A stretch of DNA of 64,000 bases from Malacoraja senta (lineage: Eukaryota). Positions 1 to 12,447 of this stretch are shown in pieces (positions within the stretch are counted from its first letter, which is position 1; every line of letters starts with the position of its first letter). The notes below the pieces were generated by a model. That model was not told the origin of the DNA and did no database searches. It saw nothing but the letters and a program-made list of their open reading frames with translations. Made by a program: the position numbers and the translations under genes. The DNA is taken from assembly GCA_038087875.1 (NCBI GenBank), contig CM075996.1, positions 9,922,001-9,986,000 of the forward strand, read 5' to 3'.

Positions 1-676
1 ATGTTGCCTGACCTGCTGAGTTACTCCAGCTTGTTGTGTCCAGCGCTTGATTCATACCCTATTCACTATCTAATATCTTCACTGCCCCTCCACCAGCTTA
101 CAGTGGCTGCAGCGTCTGCTCTCTACAATACTCCCTGCATTTCCTTGCCTTGACCATTTCGATTGCACGCCTCATATCTGTGACCTCCAGAACCAAAAAG
201 CAAAGGGCTTCAGGCACATGAAGACATCACTTGCTGAAAGTCTAATCAATATTCAAAATCCATGTCCTTTTACATCACAAGAAAACAGAAGTGGTCCTGG
301 CCCTATATCACCGTTACATTGAGATCATAACGTCATTTTAAGTAGAATCAACAGCAAAGTCACAGCTGGAAGAGACTCACTAAGTCCTAAGATTCACGGT
401 GTAAAAAGACTTCAATTTTATGCTTCATTGGAACTATCTGCTTATTAGGAACATTGAACACGTTGATAAACAGGAGAATCTTGTTGTTACCTCAAGAGCT
501 GGAAAGGTTAGACATTAGATTTAGAAATTTTGGCGTCGGGATTCCATAAAAATATTAATCATCTGGGCTAGACAAAAATGCTGGAGGAACTCAGCGGGTG
601 AGGCAGCAACTACGGAGCGAAGGAATAGGTGACGTTTCGGGTCGAGACCCTTCTTCCCTGACAATGGAAACATTTC

Positions 677-1757
677 CAAGATTCAAGATTCAAGATTCAA
701 GAGATTCAAGAGAGTTTATTGTCATGTGTCCCAGATAGGACAATGAAATTCTTGCTTTGCTTCAGCACAACAGAACATAGTAGGCATGACTACAGAACAG
801 ATCAGTGTGTCCATATACCATTATATAAATATATACACACATGAATAAATAAACTGATAAAGTGCAAATAAACAGATAATGGGCTATTCATGTTCAGAGT
901 TTTGTTTGAGTTGAGTTTAATAGCCTGATGGCTGTGGGGAAGTAGCTATTCCTGAACCTGGACGTTGCAGTCTTCAGGCTCCTGTACCTTCTACCTGAAG
1001 GTAGCGGGGAGATGAGTGTGTGGCCAGGATGGTGTGGGTCCCTGATGATGCTGCCAGCCTTTTTGAGGCATCGACTGCGATAGATCCCCTCGATGGTAAG
1101 GAGGTCAGAGCCGATGATGGACTGGGCAGTGTTTACTACTTTTTGTAGTCTTTTCCACTCCTGGGCACTCAAGTTGCCGAACCAAGCCACGATGCAACCG
1201 GTCAGCATGCTCTCTACTGTGCACCTGTAGAAGTTAGAGAGAGTTCTCCTTGACATACCAACTCTCCGTAATCTTCTCAGGAAGTAGAGGTGCTGATGTA
1301 CGTTCTAGATAATTGCTCTCGGACCAGGAGAGATCTTCCGAGTGTTCTCGGACCAGGAGAGATCTTCAGAGATGTGCACGCCCAGGAATTTGAAGTTCTT
1401 GACCCTTTCCACCATCGACCCGTTGATATAAACGGGACTGTGGGACCCCATCCTACCCCTTCCAAAGTCCACAATCAGTTCCTTGGTTTTGTTGGTGTTG
1501 AGGGCCAGGTTATTGTGCTGGCACCATTTGGTCAGTCGGTCGATCTCTCTTCTATACTCTGACTCGTCCCCATCAGTGATACGTCCCACAACAGTGGTGT
1601 CGTCAGCGAACTTGATGATGGTGTTCGCACTATGACCGGCTACGCAGTCATGAGTATAGAGTGAGTACAGCGGGGGGCTGAGCACGCAGCCTTGAGGTGC
1701 TCCCGTGCTGATTGTTATCGAGGCGGACACATTTCCACCAATACGAACAGTCTGTAT
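677..1757 (-). mobile_element. 5'-truncated Rex1/Babar-type LINE (RT C-terminal half and 3' UTR)
   Basis: Translates to TGAPQGCVLSP...KFADDTTVVG...LNTNKTKELIVDF. (TCTTGAA)n tail. Frameshifted by a small tandem duplication at ~1315-1367. Confidence 0.85.
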
Positions 1758-1993
1758 ACAAAATGAATTTCTCTGTGCAGTTGCATCTGTAGCACATAAA
1801 GAAAGCATCATTGAACCTTTTCCTCTATGTTTGTCAGAGGTCTGCATCTTGGCTGGGCTCAGACATAAAGCAGGACCCGACGGCTGAGAGAACTGAAGGA
1901 GCTGTCAGACCCTAACAAATCCCTCAATGGAGATATATGGTGTCGCATTGTGAAACCACATCCTGCTATGCTTCTGTTCACCCTTGAATAGTG

Positions 1994-2270
1994 GCATGGT
2001 GGCGCAGCGGTAGAGCTGCTGTCTCACAACGTTTGATTCTGGCTACGGGTTTGTACGTTCTCCCCGTGACCTGCGTGGGTTTTCTCTGGGTGCTCTGGTT
2101 TCCTCCCACACTCTAAAGACGTACAGGCTTGTAGGTTAATTGGCTTGGTATAAATGTAAATTGTCCCTGTGTGTGTGTAGGATAGTGTTAGTGTGCAGGG
2201 ATCGCTGGGACTCGGTGGGCCGAAGGGGCCCGTTTCCGCTCTGTATCACTAAACTAAACTAAACTAAACT
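1994..2270 (+). mobile_element. HE1-like tRNA-derived V-SINE (representative of more than 20 full or partial copies)
   Basis: tRNA-like head GGTGGCGCAGCGGTAGAG, central GTTCTCCCCGTG...GGTTTCCTCCCAC domain, CR1-like tail GGGCCGAAGGGCC...(CTAAA)n. Other copies near 4343, 6760, 17055, 23712, 25772, 26135, 28763, 30515, 33600, 34665, 34968, 41080, 43965, 46190, 48270, 49138, 51180, 55700, 57190, 58450, 63033. Confidence 0.85.
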
Positions 2271-2747
2271 CATTCTTCCAATTCTCCCGCCTTTTCCCTC
2301 TGCTGTTCCCCCTTCCGAACCCAGCCACGTGTCCTATTATCATGCTTCATTGTCAAATTTGGTTTGATTACACTCCCAGTGAATCAATGTGTCATTTTTT
2401 CTGCATTATTATCTTTTAAAAACAGTTTGTTGTAATATGAGTTGATTTGTTTTCTGAAGCCAGGTATTTAAATTGTCTTTAGTTGAGAGATAAAGAGGGG
2501 AAGCAGACCCTTCGTGCCAGCAAGTCCACACTGACCACCCGTACACTGGTTCTATGACCGACCACTTTCACATCCTACACACCAGGGGCAATTTACAGAA
2601 ACCAATTAACCTACAAACCCGCAAGTCTTTGGAAAGTAGTAGGAAACAGGAGCACCCGAAGAAAACCCACAGGGTCACAGGGAGAACGTTCAAACTCCAT
2701 AGACAGCATCCATGATCAGGATCGAACCGGGGTCGCTGGTGCTGTAA

Positions 2748-3159
2748 AGAGCCTGTCCCACTTTCACGAGTTATTCACGAATTCTCCCGAGTTTTCCCCT
2801 GATTCAAACTCGTAGAATGTTCGTAACGAGTCCGTAGGAGTCCGTAGATATATCGTAGCGGCTCGTTATGCCAGCCGTAGGTACTCATGGCATCAGGTAA
2901 GTCGGGACGTTTTTTCCAGCCTGATAAAAAATGTCCACGAGTAAAAAAAATGGTTGGGATGAAAGAAATTGCAACTTTTTACTCATAAGGAGGGCATCAA
3001 AATAGTCGTGGGAATTCATAGACATACTCGTAGGAGTTCGTGAACATAGTCGTGGAAGGTCGTAGGAGTTCGTAGATTACCACCATCTTGATTTTTTTTT
3101 TAAGGTCCTTTAAACTCGGCAGAGGTTTCGAATTAAGTCGTGATAGTGGGACAGGCCTT
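2748..3159. mobile_element. PIF/Harbinger-type MITE inserted in an HE1 SINE
   Basis: TIR AGAGCCTGTCCCACT / AGTGGGACAGGCCTT; TAA TSD. Confidence 0.85.
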
Positions 3160-5146
3160 TAAAGCAGCAACTCTACCGCTGCGCCACAGTGCCGCCAATT
3201 ATCTGATGATTCAGTAAAACAGATAAATACAAAGGCTGATCCGAGTAATTGCTTTTAATTTCTTCATTTCAAAAGTACAAAAAGACTTTTTCATGAGAAT
3301 TACAATACAGGGAATCAGATTATCTTTTATTTTCAGACACACCAGGGTGCAATGAAACGGTTTGTTTGCTTGAAACTCATCGAGTAAACAGTATACAGAC
3401 AGTAATAATGAATACAGAGAAGAGAGCAAAACAGCAGAGTGGTGCAAATGATTGCAGTGCAATCTGAAGTAGTACTAGAAATACAAAAATACAAGAGATA
3501 GATGCATATTAGTTTATTGTCATGTACACTAGGGTGCATTAAAATTCCTAGTTCACATGAAACTCAAAGAGTGAACATTAACTGCAATAAGTTCAATAAT
3601 AAGAAGAGCAATGAATTCAAATAGTAGAATCATACGGTTATAAGTGATAGGAGAAAAACAAATACTTTTTTGTAAGCATTGAGAGTTGGTATGTCCCATT
3701 TGCGTGATGCTTACAAAAAGGTATTTTTTTTCTCTTTTTCTCTTTCTCTTTTTTCTTCTTTTTTCGGGTCTATTTCTTCTCTTTCTTTTTGTTTTTAATT
3801 TCTTTCTTATAGGGTCTTTGTCTTTTGTTTTTTTGTTGTCACGTTTTTTACACTTTCACTTTTTTCCTTCACTTTCTTCTTGCTCTCAATCTCACCCTTT
3901 CCCTTTATTAGTGTAAAAAATAAACGGAGTACATTAATTGTACTAAGATATACGTGACGAGTACTAATGTAATTGGTTGTAATCTAATGTACTTCTAATA
4001 AATAAAAATTAAAAAAAATAATAATAATAATAAGTGATAGGAGTAGAATTAGGCCATTCTGCCCATCAAGTCTCAGAAGGCAGTGGAGGCCAATTCTCTG
4101 GATGCTTTCAAGAGAGAGTTGGATAGAACTCTTAAAGATAGCGGAGTCAAGGGATATGGGGAGAAGGCAGGAACGGGGTACTGATTGTGGATGATCAGCC
4201 ATGATCACAGTGAATGACGGTGCTGGCATGAAGGGCCGAATGGCCTACTCCTGCAACTATTGTCTATTGTCTACGCAACCATTCAATCATGGCTGATCTA
4301 TCTGTCATCTTTGGCTACTTGCAACGGATGCAAACATTACTGCACGGTGGCACAGCGGTAGAGGCCTGGGTTCGATCCTGACTACGGTTATTTGTCTGCA
4401 TCGAGTTTGCACGCTCTTGCCATGACCTGCGTGGGTTTTCTCCGAGATGTTCGGTTTCTTCACACACTCCAAAGACGTACGGGTTGGTAGGTTAATTGCC
4501 TTGGTATAAATTGGTATGTATAAATGTAAAATTGTCCCTAGTGTGTGTTGGGTAGTTTAGCGTCACTGTGCAAGGATCGCTGGTCGGAGTGGACTCAGTG
4601 GACCGAAGGGCCTGCTTCTTGTGCTGTATTTCTAAAGAGCTAGTGGGATCATAAATTTATAAATGGCAACACTGGAGGAGCAACTGTTGAATATTAGCTA
4701 CCAAAGTTGATATTTGGTTGTATTGTGAGCTTTTGTCAGGGAAAGTTATGGAAATTTATATTAGTTGGATACTATATTAGTTAGATAATATATTACCATA
4801 CTATATTAGTTGGATATTATATTAAATCATATACTCCATGGTTTTTGAGCTAGTTTTCCAAGAAAAAAACTGCAGTAATCAAAGCCTGAAAGGGTAGGAT
4901 GGGGCTAAAGCCCAGTTTTTTAATCATTCTAATAGAATGATTTTCCAACTCCAGTGGTAATTTTTTTTTTTTCACCCCTAGTTTTCTTCCCATATTTTTA
5001 GGATGTTCAAAAAGTTGAATAAAATAAAACACTTAAGAAATGAGTTAATTTATGTTTTTTGCTCATGTGACAAAATATATTATGTATAAAATTATACATT
5101 TTACTCTTATACAAGGGAGAATGAGAGGAAAATTACCAAAAAACAT

Positions 5147-5314
5147 GGGGTCATGGAAAGAGCGTTCACGTCGCGGCCCTGTTTCCACCAATCTTTCCAT
5201 CACCATGCACAAGAAGCGACAAGACAGACACTATTGTATGCAGATGCCGAGAAGTGTGTGACTGGGTGTGGCTGAGCAACTTCTAATCTTGTGTGTGGAC
5301 TCGATAAGAAGAAG
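5147..5314 (+). mobile_element. Short retroposon, family A, with 5' HDV/CPEB3-like ribozyme (5147-5200) and (AAG)3 tail
   Basis: Perfect 12-bp TSD ACCAAAAAACAT (5135-46 / 5315-26). P1 GGGGTC/GGCCCT, P2 ATGGAAAGA/TCTTTCCAT, P3 GCG/CGC, L3 TTCACGT, J4/2 ACCAA. Confidence 0.85.
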
Positions 5315-5703
5315 ACCAAAAAACATAAGAAAATGTAGTCGAGGGTGAGTGAAATTTTGTGATAAAGACTCAAGGGTAAATAACACTGAAATAGTGTAAG
5401 AAGCACTGATCTAAGTAGCATCTCCATCTCCAGTGCCCCTAGCAGAGCAGCTGATGGGTTTTGACAAGGCTTGGACGAAGAAGCCAAGCCATGTTGATAT
5501 CCTAATTATCTTTGAAGGAGATGTCCTGATATAACCTTGTCCCCGAGCGAATTAAGCAGAATGTCTTTTACTGGGACTCTAGTGTGTGACTGGATTATGT
5601 GGGAGGTGCGGTTTCTCCCTGACTGGTACCTTTATCAAACCTAAAGTTATTGCAAGGTAAATCGTGGTGTACCTGTGGCTGTGGGACAGGCGATAACGAG
5701 TAA

Positions 5704-6015
5704 TGGGCCTGTCCCACTTAGGCGTTTTTTTAGGCAGCTACAGGCGACTAGTTTGTCGCCTCATGTTCGCCGGTGGTTGCCGGGAGTAGTCTCCTCTGTC
5801 GCGCAAAAAGTAGTAGTGTCTTTCTGGTCGCCGTTGAAAAATTTTCGGTGACAGTGGGTTTGACGCCAATGAGCGTAGCTTGACTTCTCCTGACGGTGGT
5901 GCTGTGGTAGGTTGTCACCAGGATGACGTAGGTTGTCGCCGGTTTTTCGGTGACCTGCTACGACTAAGACAGTCGCCGGCAGTTGCCTAAAAATTCGCCA
6001 AGTGGGACAGGCCCA
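5704..6015. mobile_element. PIF/Harbinger-type MITE
   Basis: TIR TGGGCCTGTCCCACTT / AAGTGGGACAGGCCCA; flanks TAA and TTA. Confidence 0.8.
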
Positions 6016-6049
6016 TTACACTCAACAGTGAAACTCAACAGCACAGTGC

Positions 6050-6582
6050 ATAGGAAGGAACTGCAGATATAGGTTTACACCGAAGGTAGACACAAAAAGC
6101 TGGAGTAACTCGGCGGGATAGGCAGCATCTCCGGATAGAAGGAATGGGTGACGTTTCGGGTCGAGACCTGTCTTCAGGCTGAAAGTCATGGGAAAGGGAA
6201 ACGAGAGATATAGATGATGCTGTAGAGAGATATAGAACAATGAATGAAAGATATGCAAAAAAGTAACAATGATAAAGGAAACAGGCAATTGTTAGCTTTT
6301 TGCTGGGTGAGAATGAGAAGCTGGTGCGACTTGGGTGGGGGAGGGAAGGAGAGAGAGGGAATGCTAGGGTTACTTGAAGTTAGAGAAATCAATATTCATA
6401 CCACTGGTGTGTAAGCTGCCCAAGCTAAATATGAGGTGCTGTTCCTCCAATTTGCTTTTAGCCTCACTCTGACAATGGAGGAGGCCCAGGAGAGAGAGGT
6501 CAGTGTGGGAATGGGAGGGAGAATTAAAGTGTTTAGCAACCGGGAGATCAGGTAGGCCCAGGCGGGCTGAGCGAAGGTGTTC
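6050..6582 (-). mobile_element. Penelope 3' fragment (others at ~21330-21790, 24195-24520, 46950-47255)
   Basis: Matches the 32890-33400 part of the longer copy, including the KLEEQHLIF region. Confidence 0.85.
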
Positions 6583-8196
6583 ACAGTACAGAGTGGTGCA
6601 GCAGGTAGAGCCACTGCTTCACAGCTCCAGCAAACCAGGGTTCAATCCTGATCTCAGGTGCAGTCGGCGTGCATGCTACACATTCTCCCTGTGACCGCTT
6701 GGCTTTGCTACGGGTGCTCCCGTTTCTTCCTACACTCCAAGGTTGTGCAGGTTGACAAGTTTAGTTTAGTTTAGAGATACAGCGCAGTGACGTGGGCCTT
6801 TGGCTCACCGGGTCCGCGCCGACCAGCGATCAGCACACATTAATGACAATTTACAATTATACCAAGCCAATTACCCAACAACCTTGTACATGTTTGGAGT
6901 GTGGGAGGAAACCGGAGCACCCAGGGAAACCCACACAGGTCATGTGGAGAATGTACAAACTCCATACAGACAGCACCCGTAGTCAGGATCGAACCCGGGT
7001 CTCTGGCGCTGTAAGGCAGTAACTCTACCGCTGTGCCACCGTGCTGCCCAAGTTAATTGGACACTGTACACAGGTAGGTAGTAGAATCAGGGGGTGAGTT
7101 CATGGTAATGTGGGGAGAATTAAATGGAATTAGTCTAAATAAATACGTAATGGTTGGCGAGGACGGGGCCAAAGGATTTGTTTTCTTGCTATGTGACCCT
7201 CACTCTGAAAACATTTTTCCTCATCTCCGTTCTAAATGGCCAACCCCTTATCCTTAAACTGTGGCCCCTGGTTCTGGACTCCCCCAACATTGGGAACATG
7301 TTTCCTGCCTCTAGCGTGTCCAATCCCTTAATAATCTTATATGTTTCAATAAGATTCCCTCTCATCCTTCAGAATTCCAGAGTACACAAGTCCAGCCGCT
7401 CCATTCTTTCAACATATGACAGTCCCACCATCCTGGGAATTAACCTTGTAAACCTACGCAGCACTCCCTTCCTCAAATTTGGAGACCAAAACTGCACACA
7501 ATACTCCAGGTGAGGTCTCACTAGGGCCCTGTACAACTGTAGAAGGACCTCTTTGCTCCTATACTGAACTCCTCTTATTATGAAGGCCAACATGCCGTTC
7601 GCTTTCTTCACTGCCTGCTGTACCTGCATGCTTACTCTCAGGAATGGTTTGTTACAGCTATTCAAGACATTGGTGAAGCTACATTTGGAGTGGTGTGTTC
7701 TGTTTCAGTCACCATGTTATAGGAATGAAGTTAAGCTGGAAAGAGTGCAGAGAAGCTTTACAGGGATGTTGCCAGGCCTTTAGGGCCGGAGCTATAGTGA
7801 GGGCACCTCGGACTTTATTCCTTGGAGCGCAGGAGGAGTGGTGATCTTATAGAGGTGTTTAAGATCATAAGGGGGAATAGATAGTGTGAATGCATCAAGT
7901 CTTTTACCCAGAGTATGAGAATCAAGAACCAGAGGACATATTTATTAAGGTGAGAGGGGAAAGATGTAATAGGAAAGTTAGGGGTGATTGTTACACACAT
8001 GGGTGTATGGAATGAGCTGCCAGCGGAGGTAGTTGAGGCAGGTACCATAATAACATTTGCATGTTATTATGGACAGATACATGGATAGGAAAGGTTTCGA
8101 AGATTCTGGGCCAAACGCAGGCAGATGTGACTAGTGTGGATGGGACATCTTGTCCAACATGGGTAAATTAGCACAAAGGACCTGTTTCCTTCCTGT

Positions 8197-8366
8197 CCTT
8201 CCCTTCCTCCTGTCCGGCCATCTTCCACATCACGTCTTTCCGGTCGGTCAGTGACGGTTGACGGTCGGTTGTTGCAGAATTGGCTACTTCAGTCAGTCAC
8301 TGTGATACAGTTTCTGATGTCAGCCTTGCCCAGGATGCGCCACGTGGAGGCTTCTGCTTGCATCCC
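8197..8366 (-). mobile_element. Short retroposon, family C, with 5' HDV-like ribozyme (8366-8274) including a P4 region
   Basis: Interrupts a CR1 3' tail; 9/10 TSD TCCTTCCTGT/TCCTTGCTGT. On the minus strand: P1 GGGATGC/GCATCCT, P2 GCAGAA/TTCTGC, P3 GCC/GGC, L3 TCCACGT, GG for P1.1, J4/2 GCCAA. Confidence 0.85.
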
Positions 8367-9177
8367 TCCTTGCTGTATGACTCCAGGACTCCACTGTTGC
8401 TAGATTTGCTGATTCTACAAAAGCAGAGGACACAGAGGCCGAGTTAAATGAATGAACAAATAATTGGCAGATGGAGTTTAATGTGGGGAACCATGCGTTA
8501 ATGCACTTCAGTACAGAGGATGAAATATTGTTTCAATAGAGCGAGCAGTATTTTGCTGTTCAGTGGGCTCTGAGTATTCTCGAGCATGAAGCACAGAAAC
8601 GTAATGTGTTAGGGGCAGCATAGAAACATAGAAACACAGACAATAGGTGCAGGAGGAGGCCATTCGGCCCTTTGAGCCTGCACTGCCATTCATCGTGATC
8701 ATCCACAATCAATAACCCGTGCCTGCCTTCTCCCCATATCCCTTGATTCCACTAGCCCCTAGAGCGCTATCTAACTCTCTCTTAAATCCATCCAGTAACT
8801 TGGCCTCCACTGCCTGCTGTGGCAGAGAATTCCACAGATTCACAACTCTCTGGGTGAAAATGTTTTTTGTCATCTCAGTTTTAAAGTTTAAAGTTCAGAG
8901 TTCAAATGGCCTCCCCTTTATTCTAAGATTGGCCCTTGGTTCTGGACTCCCCAACATTGGGAACATTTTTCCTGCATCTAGCTTGTCCAGTCCTTTTGTA
9001 ATTTTATACGTTTCTATAAGATCCCCTTGCATCTATCAAGAGAGTTTTATTGTCATGCGTCCCAGATAGAACAATGTAATTCTTACTTGTAGCAGCACAA
9101 CAGAATATGTAAACATAGTACACTGTAAACAATATGATAAAGGAGGAAAACAAGTTCAGTGTGTGTATAGATACACT

Positions 9178-10092
9178 GTGAAAAAGATACATCTTCCAGA
9201 TGCGCTGGGACGCATCCTCAGTGATGTGACTGTTGATTCCCGTTTTTCTCTCACATCGGTTGTTTCGACAATAATCGACCGGACACCGGGGTTGCTTTAA
9301 ACGTACGTTTAATCAGCACTGAGTCTTCACACAGGTTAACAACCTGGCAAAGAGTCAAGCTCAATGCCTTAATTTGTAATGCCTTATATACTTAAAGGGC
9401 TACAGTTTATGCCTCCCATATTACTGAAACAAAGCAACAGACACGAACGCGAAGGTCAGGATCACAGGCAAGTACATATTGGGAGGTGTTATTTAGTGGA
9501 ACAATACTAGAGATAAGACAGGTACATTCCTCAGACTTCTGAGAGCAGCGGTTTGTATATTCCTTAGACTTCTGAGAGCCAGCTATCTCAGTCAGACGGG
9601 TACAGTTAATACCATAGTCGCGATTATGCAGTAACAGCAGGACAATGTGAATTTCTCCTGACCACAACTTCCTGACCCCTGCAGCTACATTTTCAGCCAC
9701 TTTGGTCAGCAGACATTTAATGTTTCAATCCAGTCCACCTGGCCAAACCATTTTACCTTCACAGAACAATCTTACAGCATTTATTCAAAATTTACATTCA
9801 CATGACCTGAATTCATCGGGTGTTTCGGGTCTCACAACATCAGACACCCTCGCCCAGGCGACCCAGCTGGGGTTGATCAGGCCCCGACTTGCGTCCCAGC
9901 AGCAACCTCCCACGGATCAGCCATCTTAATAACTACTCTGCAGGGGTTGGGAGACTCTAGTGCGTGGAGGGACTGGGCTCTGTGGGGTGAGTCCCGGCCG
10001 GACTCCTCCTGCGTCTCACCAGGTTCAAGGCCTGTGCGCTGCACCTCTTTCTCCTTCTCCGAGCATTTCATTCTCGCCTGGTGGATTTTTTT
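9178..10092 (-). mobile_element. Internally deleted HERO-like non-LTR element, interrupted by the solo LTR
   Basis: KIHQARMKC...EPGETQEE..SPHRAQSL resembles fish HERO N-termini and is fused directly to a C-terminal DPW..AAGTQVGA* and 3' UTR GGGTCGCCTGGGCGAGGGTGTCTGATG...GACCCGAAACACCC (recalled similarity). Confidence 0.6.
9231..9802 (-). mobile_element. Solo LTR (ERV1-like or Gypsy-like)
   Basis: TG...CA ends and 4-bp TSD TGAC. Minus-strand TATATAA (~9384-90) followed by ATTAAA (~9308-13). Internal direct repeat ATTCCTYAGACTTCTGAGAGC. Confidence 0.75.
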
Positions 10093-10994
10093 TACACACA
10101 CACATATATATGCACACATATGCATACATACATACACCTACATATATAAATACGCACACATGCATACTCATAAAAACCAAACAAACAATAATAGTGCAAA
10201 AAGACAAGCTTATTGAAGGTTGCGGTGGTTAATAGCATGGTGGCTGTTGGGAAGAAGCCAGTCATGAGAGGACACACATGGACTGCTAGCATTTATTACA
10301 AAGGGGATGGAATAAACAAATGGAAATCGCACTTCAGGTAGAGTTTTGATCTTGGTTAAGGAAGGATAAACGTTGGGAGGTGGTTGAAAGCAAGTTCAGG
10401 AGGTTGATTTCAAGGATGATGAAAAGTTAAATTAAGCAAAGAAAAGTTAAGTAGGCTAGGCTCGTAAAGTTGAGAAAAATTATACACTAATGAGTTTAGA
10501 AAAATGAACGATGATATGTGCTGTGCAACTAATCTCATTAAAACGTATGATTCTACGGGAGCTTGACAGGATCATTGCTGAGAGGATGTTTCCCCTCACG
10601 GGGAATCTAGTTCATGGATGGAGATGCGGAGAAATCTCTTCCTCAGAGGGGTGTGAATCATTGAATTTCTCCAGCTCGTTACGGAGGCTGAATCATTGGA
10701 GATATTCATGGGTGAGATAGGGTTGGATTAGAGGGGACCCAGAGGCTATGGGGAGCAGGAAGTGTAAATGAGGCCAAGGGCAGATCAGCCGTGACAGAAT
10801 TAAGGTGTCTGAAAAAGGGGATAGAAGGAACTGCAGATGTTTGATTACAAAAAAAAAGACAGAAAGTGCTGGAATCGCCCACTTTATTACGAATCAGATT
10901 TGGGCAGCACGCTAAGAAAATTTCACGCCTGCAGCGGTGAATATCTCAAACAAGTCAGTTCATTGATGAAGATAGACACACAGTGTTGGAGTAA

Positions 10995-11300
10995 AGTGCC
11001 TGTCCCACTTTCCAGAGTCCTTTGCTGAGTTGAAAGGACCTTAAAAAAAAAATCATCATTTTTGTGATCTACGAACTCCTCCTCCTGTCTATCTTTTTAC
11101 TCGTGGACTTTGTCGTGCTGGAAAAAGAATCCCGACTTACCTGATGCCCCGAGTACCTACGGCTGGCATAACGAGCCGCGATGATATATCTACGGACTCC
11201 TACGGCCTCCTGCAGACTAGCTAAGGACATTCTCCGAGTTTGAATCAAGGGGAAAACTCAGGAGAAGTCGTGAGTAACTCGGGAAAGTGGGACAGGCCCT
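10995..11300. mobile_element. PIF/Harbinger-type MITE inserted in a Penelope terminal fragment
   Basis: Same TIR family; TAA TSD splitting TGGAGTAA|CTCAGCGGG. Confidence 0.85.
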
Positions 11301-12447
11301 TAACTCAGCGGGTCAGGCTGCATCTCTGGAGAACATAGATAGGTGACATTTCAGATGGGGACCCTTCTTCAGTCTGATCGTGATGGGAGGGGGGAGAAAA
11401 CTGGAAGAGAGGAGAGGCAAGACAAAGCTTGGTGAGTGATAGGTGGATACAGGTGGGGGGGAGGGACAAAGGCCAGAGATGAAAAGGCAAAGGGTGTTAA
11501 ATTAGGATAGAAGAGAAGGATATAATCGGGAAGCAAGCATCAACCCTGCAGCCTCAAGATATGTAGCGGCTGCCTGTGCCGCCTCCTCCCTCACATCCAT
11601 CCAAGGACCCAGCAGCCCTTCCAGGTGAGACAGAGATGCATGTGTACCTCCTGTACTGCATGCAGCGTTGCCGATATGGCCTCCTTTACATCGACTGCTT
11701 CACACTTGCGCTCGGTCCGCCAAGGTCAGCTGGATAAAGACGACGGATGTAAATGTCGATGGGTTGATGAGTGAGTTTGCTGACGTTGGAGGAATTGCAG
11801 ACAGCGAGGAAGGCTGTCAGAAGATACAATGGGATATCGATCAGCTGCGGAGAATGGGCGGAGAAATGTGGGACGGAGTTTCATCCAAGGAAGCGTGAGG
11901 TGTTGCACTTTGGCAGGTTGAATGTCAGGAGAGAGTATACATTTAATGGTAAGACCCTTAAAAGTATTGAAGTGCAGAGGTATCCTGGAGATCAAGTTCA
12001 TAGTTCACTGAAGGCGGCAGCACAGGTAGATGCACAGGTAGATAGGTGTATGGTGTGCTTGCCTTCATTGCTAGGGGCATTGAGTATAAGAGTCAGGAAG
12101 TCATGATGAAGCTCCAGAGAACTTTAGATAGGCTGCATATGAAGTACTGCGTGCAGTTCTGGTCGCCCCCATTACAGGAAGAATATGGAGGCTTTGGAGA
12201 GGGTGGTTTACTAGACAGGTGCCTGGTTTAGAGGGTTTCAGTTACAAGGAGAGGGATAAACTTGGATTGTTTTCTCCGGAACGTTGGAGGCTGAGGCGAG
12301 GTTGATGGAATGATACAACATTGTGAGATGAATAGATAAGATAAACAGTCAGAAACTTTTTCCCTGGGTGGAAATGTCCACCACTAGAGGGCGTAGCTAT
12401 AAATGGAGATGTGCGGGGCAAGTTATTTTTACATGGATAGTGGTGGG

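Noticed and set aside
1994..2070. tRNA gene-like sequences
   Set aside because: They are SINE heads, not complete cloverleafs.
5200..5487. 95-aa hydrophobic minus ORF
   Set aside because: Runs across the family A insertion boundary, so likely a chance frame.
9222..9839. Alternative LTR boundaries with TCAG TSD
   Set aside because: Includes sequence belonging to the host element's 3' UTR; the TGAC solution restores a contiguous host.
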